From positions 1,290,001-1,322,000 of the forward strand of contig NZ_CP013011.1 in NCBI RefSeq assembly GCF_001412615.1: a DNA stretch of 32,000 bases. The letters run 5' to 3'. Below are positions 15,626 through 23,722 of this stretch, one piece after another. The notes under the pieces were generated by a model that saw only the letters and a program-made list of their open reading frames with translations, did no database searches and was not told where the DNA came from. The stretch is from Pyrodictium delaneyi. GTDB lineage: Archaea > Thermoproteota > Thermoprotei_A > Sulfolobales > Pyrodictiaceae. The position numbers and the translations under genes were made by a program. Each line of letters starts with the position of its first letter. Position 1 is the stretch's first letter.

Positions 15626-16738
15626 GTGTCTGCGGGGCTGCACAAGCTAGAGGCTATGGCCCGTAGCTATGCTCTCGCAGCCGTCCGAGCTGACCGGGAG
15701 GGCAAGGTACAAGAAGCGATAAGCAACTACCGCAAGGCCATAGAGATACTGACCAAGATAGTTCGCCTCTACCCCGATAACCCCCTTGCCCACGTCTACA
15801 GGGGCATCATACAGCAGTACCGTAAACGCGTCGAGCAGCTGGAGAAGCTCGGCGTCCCCGCAGCGCCGACGGAGGCTGAGCAGCTGGAGGAGTGGATAGT
15901 CACAGAGAAGCCCAATGTGAGGTTCAGCGACATAGCTGACCTCGAGCACGCTAAGCAGGCTATAAAGGAGGCAATAATCTACCCCGTCAAGAGGCCGGAC
16001 CTCTTCCCCCTAGGGTGGCCCCGGGGCATTCTCCTCTTCGGGCCGCCAGGCTGCGGTAAGACTATGCTAGCAGCGGCTGTGGCAAACGAGGTCGATGGTG
16101 TCTTCTTCAGCGTAGACGCGGCGAGCATTATGAGTAAGTGGCTCGGCGAGGCGGAGAAGAAGGTCAAGATGCTCTTCGAGAAGGCCCGGCAAGCGGCGAG
16201 AAACGGTAAACCCGCGATAATATTCATTGACGAGATAGATGCACTCCTCGGGGTACACGAGAGCGAGGTGGGTGGCGAGGTCCGTGTACGCAACCAGTTC
16301 CTAAAGGAGATGGACGGCCTCCAGGATAAGAGCAATAAGCTTCACGTCTACGTGATAGGCGCCACTAATAAGCCGTGGAAGCTCGACGAGCCCTTCATAC
16401 GCCGGTTCCAGAAGCGTATATTCATACCCCCGCCTGACATCCGTGCCCGTGTTGAGCTATTCAAGCTCTACACTAAGAGCCTAAAGCTAGCACCAGACGT
16501 GGACATAGAGAAGCTGGCAGAGATGACTGAGGGCTACAGTGCGAGCGACATCAAGGACATTGTCGTGGAGGCACACCTACGCACGGTCAGGGAGCTATTC
16601 GAGCAGGGAGGCGGCGAGGGCGAGCCACGCCCGATAACCATGCAGGACTTCATTGAGGCGATAAAGGCCCGTCGCCCAAGCATAACACGGGAGATGATAG
16701 AGGCCTACCAGAGGTGGTACGAGCAGTTCCGAGGCTAG
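15626..16738 (+). CDS. cdvC: Cell division AAA+ ATPase CdvC (Vps4 homologue)
   Basis: The N-terminal MIT domain is [42 protein letters not shown]. Walker A is GPPGCGKT and Walker B is IIFIDEID. It has a second region of homology and a C-terminal helix. The GTG 15626 start reproduces the MSA..EEMAR.YA N-terminus that I recall for Sulfolobus Vps4. Confidence 0.92.
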   Translation: MSAGLHKLEAMARSYALAAVRADREGKVQEAISNYRKAIEILTKIVRLYPDNPLAHVYRGIIQQYRKRVEQLEKLGVPAAPTEAEQLEEWIVTEKPNVRFSDIADLEHAKQAIKEAIIYPVKRPDLFPLGWPRGILLFGPPGCGKTMLAAAVANEVDGVFFSVDAASIMSKWLGEAEKKVKMLFEKARQAARNGKPAIIFIDEIDALLGVHESEVGGEVRVRNQFLKEMDGLQDKSNKLHVYVIGATNKPWKLDEPFIRRFQKRIFIPPPDIRARVELFKLYTKSLKLAPDVDIEKLAEMTEGYSASDIKDIVVEAHLRTVRELFEQGGGEGEPRPITMQDFIEAIKARRPSITREMIEAYQRWYEQFRG

Positions 16739-16884
16739 CCCTCTACGCTACACTATACATACTGAATATCATTCTTCCCTCATGCCCTGCATTATCCCCC
16801 GCAGCTATAGCCACGACGTCCCAAGGAGCACGTGGAGACAGAGAAAGGCATAACACTGTATGACTACCCTGGCATGTGCTCATC

Positions 16885-17856
16885 TTACCAGATGATTACT
16901 TCTCTATGAAGTGCTCCCCTCTTCTTTATTCTGCACAACCGGAGCCTAGGCTGCGGGGCACCACATCTCGGGCAACGTGGCTCCGCGTCTCCTTCCTTTG
17001 CATAGACCCTAATTCCCCAGGGCTTCCGGGAGACTAGGGGCGAGCCGCAGCTGTTGCAGAGCGTGTCAGTGAGGGTATAGCTCTCGTCTGGATAGAGGTA
17101 GACGTACACTCTGCCCTTCTCGCGCAGCTTTTCGACAAGCCGGTAAGCCTTGTCCTCAACGCCCTCGGCTGGTAGTACGTGTATCGGTGTCTCGGGGTAA
17201 CGCTCGGCGAGGTCACCTACTACAGCCTGGCTGCGAGGCGAGCCGTCAAAGGGCACGTGGATCTCTATGATGTCGAATACTCTGTGCGCCTCTCGCAGCG
17301 CCTCGGCTACGTGGTCTGGCCGGGGAACCTGCTCCACAGCCAGGAGGTACTCGAAGACTAGCCCGTCGAAGCCCATGTCGTGGGCTTGCCGGAGCCGATC
17401 TAGGGCTAGGAGGCCAGCGGTGCGGGCGAGCACGTAGCGTAGCCCAGGCACCTCCCTGCGGAGTATCTCCGGGAGTTGTAGAGCCCAGTCTTGGACTAGA
17501 GGCTCTCCGCCGTCGAGCAGGAAGACGCTCGGCTCTATCACTCGTAGCCGGGATAGCTCACGCGGGGCTAGCTCCCGCTGCTCAACGGCACGTGGGTCCG
17601 TGTAGTCGCGCCAACTGCAGAGCCTGCATCTCCAAGGCGAGCCGGCTAGCATTAGGCGGGCAGCAGCTCCGCCGGGGCACGTGTGGGCTAGGGGCACGTC
17701 CTCGACCCGTAGGACGCTGAGCCATAGAGCCCTCCAGGGCGCCTCGTCGCCGCGCTCCGGGTCTACGACGCCACAACTGCTCTTGCCGCGGCAGTGTAGG
17801 GCGCAGCGTGCACACACGGCCTCTGTCAATTGTCGCCCTACCTCCGGTAGAGCCAT
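16885..17856 (-). CDS. Radical-SAM-fold protein (PflA/AmmeMemoRadiSam-activase-like) with a degenerate cluster motif and C-terminal zinc ribbon
   Basis: The N-terminal segment is CARCALHCRGKSSCGV plus HTCPGG. The segment LAGSPWRCRLCSWRDY aligns to the G-C-N-x-R-C-x-x-C-x-N box, but the first Cys is Ser (codon tcg, checked on the DNA). A GGEPLV motif and a C-terminal CNSCG..CPRCG are present. I prefer ATG 17856 (MALPEVG), which overlaps the lplA stop by 19 nt. The track start at 17988 would run 150 nt into lplA. Confidence 0.6.
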   Translation of the reverse strand: MALPEVGRQLTEAVCARCALHCRGKSSCGVVDPERGDEAPWRALWLSVLRVEDVPLAHTCPGGAAARLMLAGSPWRCRLCSWRDYTDPRAVEQRELAPRELSRLRVIEPSVFLLDGGEPLVQDWALQLPEILRREVPGLRYVLARTAGLLALDRLRQAHDMGFDGLVFEYLLAVEQVPRPDHVAEALREAHRVFDIIEIHVPFDGSPRSQAVVGDLAERYPETPIHVLPAEGVEDKAYRLVEKLREKGRVYVYLYPDESYTLTDTLCNSCGSPLVSRKPWGIRVYAKEGDAEPRCPRCGAPQPRLRLCRIKKRGALHREVIIW

Positions 17857-18611
17857 TTCTCGTCCCGATACTTCTCGACAAGCTTCTCGGCTAGTTCCCG
17901 TTCCTCCCTTGTGAGCTTGTCTATCTGTATAGTGTCGTAGCCTAGGGCGCGGCGGAACCCCTCCACGAGGGCTAGCGCAGCCTCCCACTTAGCGGGACGG
18001 CGGCCGAGGAGCCTCTCCACAGTGGTGACCCGGTCCTCTATGCCCCGGGCTCTGTGGCTCTCCAGCTTCACCCGGGGAGCTCTCAGCAGCCGCGCCATCA
18101 CTGCGAGGTCGGCGGCGTATAGCAGGGTGCCGTGCTGTAGCAGCGCCCTCCGGGCCCGGGCCTGCGCGCTCCCAGATATCTTCCGGCCCCCAGCAACCAC
18201 GTCGTTCACGGGCTTGAACTCGGCCACTACACCGAGGACCCGCAGTGCCTCGACTATGCCGCTACAGACTATCCGGTAGCTTTCTGCGACGTCCCGTAGC
18301 CCCGGGATGGAGTCGAGCCTTAGCGCTATCGAGTAGGTCACCTCGCCCCCTGGGTCGTGGTAGACGCTCCCGCCGCCCGTGAATCTCCTGACGACCTCCA
18401 CTCCCATCCTCCGGGCCTCCTCCATGTTGACGCTGGTTTCGAGCCTCTGGAACCGTCCAATCGTCACGGCGGGCGGGTTGAACACGTAGACCCGGAGCGT
18501 ATCCGGTATAGCGTCTTCGTCGCGGAGCCGGAGCAGAGCCTCGTCCACAGCCATCTGCCACGCGGCCGGCGAGCCCTCTAGGTCGAGAACTACCCGCAAT
18601 ACTCTAGCCAT
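17838..18611 (-). CDS. lplA: Lipoate/octanoate-protein ligase, LplA catalytic (N-terminal-domain-only) type
   Basis: 257 aa. BPL/LPL catalytic domain hallmarks: TLRVYVFNPPAVTIGRFQ, RRFTGGGSVYHD and GRKISGSAQARARRALLQHGTLLY. There is no LplA C-terminal domain. Confidence 0.85.
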   Translation of the reverse strand: MARVLRVVLDLEGSPAAWQMAVDEALLRLRDEDAIPDTLRVYVFNPPAVTIGRFQRLETSVNMEEARRMGVEVVRRFTGGGSVYHDPGGEVTYSIALRLDSIPGLRDVAESYRIVCSGIVEALRVLGVVAEFKPVNDVVAGGRKISGSAQARARRALLQHGTLLYAADLAVMARLLRAPRVKLESHRARGIEDRVTTVERLLGRRPAKWEAALALVEGFRRALGYDTIQIDKLTREERELAEKLVEKYRDEKWLYRR

Positions 18612-18790
18612 GGCGTCTCCCCGCGACTCTTACCGCCGGCTCTAGCCCCTCCCTGAGATAATTACGTGTACAGCCTAGTGGCCCTTTATGCAAGTCTGGA
18701 TGCAGTGTACAGCAGCCACTCTATCTTCGTGAGCAGCGGATACCGTTCCCTTCTGGACGCACTCGGCGCCGGAGATAACACCGAGGAGGC

Positions 18791-19777
18791 GTGGCAGCTC
18801 CAGCCCTGGGGGACGGTGTAGAAGTGCTAGTACGCGCCTCGCTCGGCACACTAGCAGTGCTAGGCCTGGAGAGAGTCCGGCTAGCTGCACGGCCTACTAC
18901 AGCCTATCTGCTCCAGTACAGTCCCGGGGGCTGCATAGCGCGCTGCATGTTCTGTAGCCAGTCCGCGCCGGCGCGGACGCCCCGGCGGCTGCTGGGCAGA
19001 GTCACGTGGCCTGTGGTTGAGCTGGAGAAGCTCCTCGGGGCCTGGAGGAGGGGATTGTTCGCCCGGGTCTGCCTCCAGACTGTGCTCCGCCCGGGCTTTG
19101 CTTGCGAGGCAACCGAGATACTCGAGAAGCTGCGCAGAGCCGACCCCGACATCCCGGCGTCGGTCACCACTACGCCGGTCGAGGACTGGGTGCTCCACGA
19201 GTGGCGCCGCCTCGGCGTAGACACGCTTGGCGTAGGGCTCGACGCTGCCTCGCCTCGGGTCTTCCGCGAGGTAGGCAAGCCCTACACATGGGACATGTAT
19301 ATCGACTTCATACGCAGGGCTATAGGCGTCTACGGCCGCGGCAGAGTCTATGCTCACCTCGTGGCAGGGCTCGGCGAGACACCCAGGGAGATGCTCGAGG
19401 CCATGAAGACCCTCTACGCTATGGGCGCCAGGGTGGCGCTCTTCAACTACACCCGGCTCCCCGGCAGCCCCCGGGCCTTCCCCGGGGTGGACCCGGCCAC
19501 GTACCGTGTCTACCAGCTCGCTCGGCTCCTACTCGAGCACGGCCTCGACCCGCTAGACTACATCGACCCCCGGCCCCCGCTACGGTTCACCAAGAAGCCA
19601 CCGCTAGACCCCCGCTACGGGCTGCTGACTAGCGGTTGTCCCGGCTGCAACAGGCCATTCTACAACGAGCCACCCCGTGGCCCCATCTACAACTATCCCT
19701 CCATGGAGCTGCTCCGACGCGACCGGGAGGCGGTAAAGAGACAACTAGAGGAGATAGGTCTAGGTGGAGGAGAGTGA
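18791..19777 (+). CDS. BioB-like radical SAM protein, candidate archaeal two-component lipoyl synthase subunit (LipS1/LipS2-type)
   Basis: It has a canonical CxxxCxxC in SPGGCIARCMFCSQS, which resembles the BioB C-x3-C-x2-C-x-QS box. It also has a TIM-barrel-length body and a C-terminal CPGCNRPFYNE. It is divergent from lplA. The start is uncertain within the first ~15 codons (GTG 18791 is the first option). Confidence 0.55.
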   Translation: MAAPALGDGVEVLVRASLGTLAVLGLERVRLAARPTTAYLLQYSPGGCIARCMFCSQSAPARTPRRLLGRVTWPVVELEKLLGAWRRGLFARVCLQTVLRPGFACEATEILEKLRRADPDIPASVTTTPVEDWVLHEWRRLGVDTLGVGLDAASPRVFREVGKPYTWDMYIDFIRRAIGVYGRGRVYAHLVAGLGETPREMLEAMKTLYAMGARVALFNYTRLPGSPRAFPGVDPATYRVYQLARLLLEHGLDPLDYIDPRPPLRFTKKPPLDPRYGLLTSGCPGCNRPFYNEPPRGPIYNYPSMELLRRDREAVKRQLEEIGLGGGE

Positions 19778-20625
19778 CCAGGCTAAAGGCCTTCCGCATG
19801 ATCCGCCGCTTCACCGAGGTAAGCCTCACCGGCGCCAGCTGCCCACTAAACTGTAGCCACTGCCGCGGCCGCTACCTAAAGGGCATGACCCCCGTGCCGT
19901 CGGGGCCCCGCGGTCTCCTCCAGCTCCTCGAGAAGCTCAGCCAGCGCGGGGTACGCGGGGTCCTCGTGAGCGGCGGGCTCCGGCCGGACGGCCGGCTCCC
20001 CCTCGAGCTCTACCTCGACCAGCTCCGCGAGGCCCGGAAGAGGCTAGGCCTCGTGATCAACCTCCACCCCGGCTACGAGGACCGCCCGCGGGTGCTCGAG
20101 CAGCTCCGTGACGCAGTCAACGTGCTGGACTACGAGCTCAGTCTCAGCCCCGAGATGATCAAGGGGGTGCGCCGGCTCCCCTTCAGCCCCGAGCATACGG
20201 TCAAAGTAATGGAGGCCATGATGGAGCACGGCCACGACGTGGTACCCCACATCTTCCTATGGCACCCCTGGAGCAGCCCAGAGCTGCTAAAGAAGGAGCT
20301 AACCATAGCGGCCGACCTAGGCGCCAAGCGGGCCACATTACTCGTCTACATACCCCCGCCCGGCGAGCCCCAGCCACCCGCCGAGAAGCTCGTAGAACTG
20401 CTACGTCTAGCCCGCAGCCTCTGGCCGGGGGAGCTAGCTCTAGGCTGCATGAGGCCATACAGCGTCAAGCCAATATTGGATCGCGCTGCGGTAGAGGAGG
20501 GCCTAGTGGACAGGATAGCGAACCCAAGCCCCCGCGCCCTAAGAGAAGCCAGGGTAGAGCACACCCTCTATGATGCCTGCTGTAGCCTACCCGAGAACCT
20601 TCTATCAAGGTTCCGTGTCAAATAG
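19774..20625 (+). CDS. Second radical SAM protein of the pair, candidate LipS1/LipS2-type lipoyl synthase subunit
   Basis: It has a CxxxCxxC in SLTGASCPLNCSHCRGRYL. GTG 19774 overlaps the upstream TGA (GTGA) and is preceded by GGTGGAGGAG. The alternative start is ATG 19798. The track start at 19636 would overlap the upstream gene by 140 nt and is unlikely. Confidence 0.55.
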   Translation: MTRLKAFRMIRRFTEVSLTGASCPLNCSHCRGRYLKGMTPVPSGPRGLLQLLEKLSQRGVRGVLVSGGLRPDGRLPLELYLDQLREARKRLGLVINLHPGYEDRPRVLEQLRDAVNVLDYELSLSPEMIKGVRRLPFSPEHTVKVMEAMMEHGHDVVPHIFLWHPWSSPELLKKELTIAADLGAKRATLLVYIPPPGEPQPPAEKLVELLRLARSLWPGELALGCMRPYSVKPILDRAAVEEGLVDRIANPSPRALREARVEHTLYDACCSLPENLLSRFRVK

Positions 20626-20770
20626 CCCCAGATCTGCATCACTGCTATACGCATGGTAGTGTTGGTCTACCTTAGCGGTACATGTACTTAAATCGTATTG
20701 GTAGGAATTCATTGCCGTGATATTGCCCCAGACAGTCAGCTAATCAATGCCTTTAATTGTAATACCACTT

Positions 20771-21535
20771 CTAGGATGGGTTGGCTAGGTCCTCAACTGA
20801 GTCGAGTATGAAGGCTACGGGGAGTGCTAGGAGGATGCGCTCCTCGGGCCCCACCAGGTTCCTAATGGTATCGCCTAGGAGGGGGAGGTGGTCGAGGTAG
20901 GCTATCACCGGCTTGTCGCCCTTGCCGGCTATCCTCCAGTACCGCTTTGCATCCTTCTCGGTCAAGCCGCGTCTCTCGCTGTACAGCTCCCCGAGGCTCC
21001 CGGCCTGTATCCTTTCAATAACAGCCTCCGCCGTGGGCACGAGGAAGTCTAGAGCGCTGTACCCGGCTATCCTCATGTGGAGCCTTGCGTCCTGCAGCCC
21101 CAGAGCCGGGCCACGGACCACATGTATGACGAGCCCTGCCTCCTCCAACACCCTGTACGCGTTGCCCGTGACGAGCAGTGGCGATGCGTAGACTAGGCTC
21201 AGCAGCAGCGACTCAACTAGTACACGCGGCACATCAGCATCGGCTAGTGCCTCGGTGGCGCGCCTCGCCGCAGCAGCGAGCCTCTCGGTAGGGTAGCCTA
21301 GGACGTGGAAGGGCTTACCGCCCAGGAAGCGTTCAAACACATCCATGGCAGCCTCTACGAGGGAGGGTGCGACGCCCAGGTCGCGATAGCGGAACCGGCG
21401 GGCAAGCCAGCTAACATAAAGCTCGTGGTCGTCGTCCTCGAGCCCCGCGTAGACCCCGCGTAGGTTCTTGACGAGGTACACGTAGCCGGGTAAGCCCTCC
21501 AAGGCCAAGACCAGCCAGCCGTTACATATTGACAC
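20771..21535 (-). CDS. Hypothetical protein, no recognisable family
   Basis: A 254-aa ORF with genome-typical codon usage and no TM segments. No motif was recognised by eye. Confidence 0.45.
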   Translation of the reverse strand: MSICNGWLVLALEGLPGYVYLVKNLRGVYAGLEDDDHELYVSWLARRFRYRDLGVAPSLVEAAMDVFERFLGGKPFHVLGYPTERLAAAARRATEALADADVPRVLVESLLLSLVYASPLLVTGNAYRVLEEAGLVIHVVRGPALGLQDARLHMRIAGYSALDFLVPTAEAVIERIQAGSLGELYSERRGLTEKDAKRYWRIAGKGDKPVIAYLDHLPLLGDTIRNLVGPEERILLALPVAFILDSVEDLANPS

Positions 21536-21858
21536 CCTGGCTGAGAGGGTCTAAGCATTAGCGCTTGCAGCCGAGCTTCAGAGTCTCTCCGTGGCACGCC
21601 GCGGCGCGGTACAGCTAGAGAGCAGAGGGACTACACAATGATCTATAGGGCTACATATACACGGGGCATTGCGTCTGTATGTCTACAAGCTATTGGCAAG
21701 GAAGGAGGACTATCATCGGCCCCCTAGGGCCCTCCAGGGAACAGTGTTGTCCTCCCGTAGAGGGTAGGGAGGGCTAGCACCTCCTCAACGGCATACTGGT
21801 AGCAGGATCCTAATATTATTGCTATATACTAAGCCTCGGAGCAGCTTCTTTTGCCTGC

Positions 21859-22605
21859 ATGGGTGGATGCGCAATGAAGGTCAACGGCTCCGTCTTCATA
21901 GTAACTGGCTCTAGTCGAGGGATAGGCAGGGCGATAGCCCTAGAGGCTGCTCGCCGCGGAGCAGCGGGCATTGTAGTGAATTATCTACGGTCAAGGGAGG
22001 CGGCGGAGAAGGTTGCGGAGGAGATACGGGGTCTTGGCGGTGATGCTCTGGTTGTTGGCGCCGATGTGTCCCGGTGGGAGGAGGCTCGGCGCCTAGTAGA
22101 GGCAGCAGTGGGGCGCTGGGGCCGCGTAGACGTGGTGGTCAACAACGCGGGGATCCTGGAGCCTAAGCCGTTCCATGAGATGGAGCCACGGGACTGGCAG
22201 AGGATGATAGAGGTACACTTCTACGGCGCCTTAAACGTCGCCCGGGCAGCCCTACCCTACATGATGCGGCAGAGGAGAGGAGTAATAGTCAACATATCCT
22301 CTGTGCTCGGGCTCCGCCCCGAGCCCCTTACGAGCCACTACTCAGCTGCCAAGGCTGCGCTGATAGCCTGGAGTGTAGCAGCCGCCAAGGAGCTAGCGGA
22401 GTACGGGATACGTGTCTTCGCCGTGGCTCCCGGCGGTGTGGACACCGATATGGCGCGGGTCTGGGGCGACATGGACTGGGTCGAGGAGGAGATCCCCCTG
22501 GCCCGGCTAGCCCGGCCCGAAGAGATTGCCAGGCTAGTTCTAGACGCAGTAGAGAACCCTTACATAACGGGTGACGTGCTCACTATTAGTGGTGGGCTAC
22601 TCTAA
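21859..22605 (+). CDS. Short-chain dehydrogenase/reductase (3-oxoacyl-ACP reductase FabG-like)
   Basis: Rossmann motif TGSSRGIGRAIA, NNAG, and catalytic S..YSAAKAA (YxxxK). Start is ATG 21859 or ATG 21874 (MKVNGSVFIVTG). A TATA-like gctatatact lies about 30 nt upstream of 21859. Confidence 0.85.
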   Translation: MGGCAMKVNGSVFIVTGSSRGIGRAIALEAARRGAAGIVVNYLRSREAAEKVAEEIRGLGGDALVVGADVSRWEEARRLVEAAVGRWGRVDVVVNNAGILEPKPFHEMEPRDWQRMIEVHFYGALNVARAALPYMMRQRRGVIVNISSVLGLRPEPLTSHYSAAKAALIAWSVAAAKELAEYGIRVFAVAPGGVDTDMARVWGDMDWVEEEIPLARLARPEEIARLVLDAVENPYITGDVLTISGGLL

Positions 22606-22778
22606 GCCCGCTTTCTAAAGTTTTAGGCAACAGTATGTGCGATAAATTGTAGTATACTATGCTGGCAATGTCAGACCTGCCGCAATAGAATAGGTTATAA
22701 CTCTTATGACCCCCAGGCGCAGTGCCCTACACTGCTCTGGGGGTGCCGGGCCGCTGCCCTGCCTGGAGGTGGTTTTTA

Positions 22779-23522
22779 ATGACCGAAGAGTATGGCGTCG
22801 AGGGGCGCAGGAACATAAGTGTAAGCGAGTCGGTGTACAGCGAGGTGGCTAAGATAGCTCGTCGTGAAGGCCTCAAGGGCGCCGGCGAGGCTGTTGAACG
22901 GCTTGTAGAGTTCTACCGGCTCAAGCTGGGCTCCGACCCCGGGCTTGCGGTCGAGCTAGTAGCAAGACTGCTCTTCAACGGTAAGAAGCCGGGCGAGATA
23001 ATTGAAGTCATTCTCCAGGGTCGTGGCTCGAAGCCGTTAGTATACCTCACCTATGACGTGGAACAGGTGGCAGGAAAGCCCGGCGAATACCGTGTACGTC
23101 TCATACCTGCTGTAAACCCGCTGGCTGTACTAGAATCGTACTGTACTAGAGGAGAATGCGATATCGAAGGCCTTAATGCCGATATAACGGCGGCTAGTAA
23201 CCGTGCCAACCAGCTTGTAAAAGAGTTCCTGAGGAGGAACACGGCTATCAGACTCCTTCTCGACAAGCTGGGTATTAGTGTGGAGTGTGCATTCCTTAAG
23301 TCGGACTGGGAGCTCAAACGATTCCGATTACTAGTACCGGCAGAATTATTCAGAAGCATCAGCAATAACAGTACTAGTTCCGAAACAAAGTCTGCCGGCC
23401 AGTATGCTGAGGGGAACCAACATACAAACCATACTGGGTCGAGTCCACGGAACCCTCTAGGTCTATACACGACAGTACTCAACCACGGAGCAACTTTAGA
23501 ATCCATATCAAGACTACAGTAG
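22779..23522 (+). CDS. Hypothetical protein with a possible N-terminal ribbon-helix-helix and a low-complexity S/T/N-rich tail
   Basis: ATG 22779 is preceded by a consensus GGAGGTG with an 8-nt spacer. The N-terminus RNISVSESVYSEVAKIARREGLKGAGEAVERLVEFY fits a beta-alpha-alpha RHH pattern. Spot counts on three 60-nt lines gave about 40% G+C in the upstream intergenic DNA and 43-50% in the 3' half of the ORF, versus 72% on one line of a neighbouring gene. Confidence 0.5.
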   Translation: MTEEYGVEGRRNISVSESVYSEVAKIARREGLKGAGEAVERLVEFYRLKLGSDPGLAVELVARLLFNGKKPGEIIEVILQGRGSKPLVYLTYDVEQVAGKPGEYRVRLIPAVNPLAVLESYCTRGECDIEGLNADITAASNRANQLVKEFLRRNTAIRLLLDKLGISVECAFLKSDWELKRFRLLVPAELFRSISNNSTSSETKSAGQYAEGNQHTNHTGSSPRNPLGLYTTVLNHGATLESISRLQ

Positions 23523-23722
23523 CGACACCATAGATAGTCGTGAGATGCATCCCCCGGGGCTCTTGTTGGCAACCCTGTACAGCCACTCCAAAGCAGCGGC
23601 AGGGCAACGTAATGCCAGAGGGATTCAACATACTAAGGGATTGTGAATAGAGCTGCTAGGAGTCTAACTCTAGCACGGCCTCGCGAATCCTAATACTATT
23701 GACTCCGCATCCCCTTCAACGT

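Noticed and set aside
14806-15645. Long form of the CDP-alcohol phosphatidyltransferase ORF starting at 15645
   Set aside because: The extra 35 codons overlap the cdvC start region and add a non-hydrophobic Cys/Pro/Arg-rich leader. The internal ATG 15540 has a TATA box at the right distance.
17857-17988. 5' extension of the radical-SAM-like ORF (track start 17988)
   Set aside because: It would overlap the last 150 nt of lplA in another frame. The extension is Gly/Arg/Pro-rich. ATG 17856 gives a conventional short overlap.
19636-19773. 5' extension of the second LipS-type ORF (track start 19636), plus the nested ORFs 18881..19357, 18904..19278, 19017..19220 and 19102..19632
   Set aside because: The extension overlaps the upstream gene by about 140 nt and is Arg/Pro-rich. 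GTG 19774 has an SD and a GTGA coupling overlap. The nested ORFs are GC-shadow frames.
23051-23572. 173-aa minus-strand ORF antisense to the RHH-like gene
   Set aside because: Its translation is Ser/Arg/Leu-rich without structure or motifs. The plus-strand ORF is longer and has a consensus SD.
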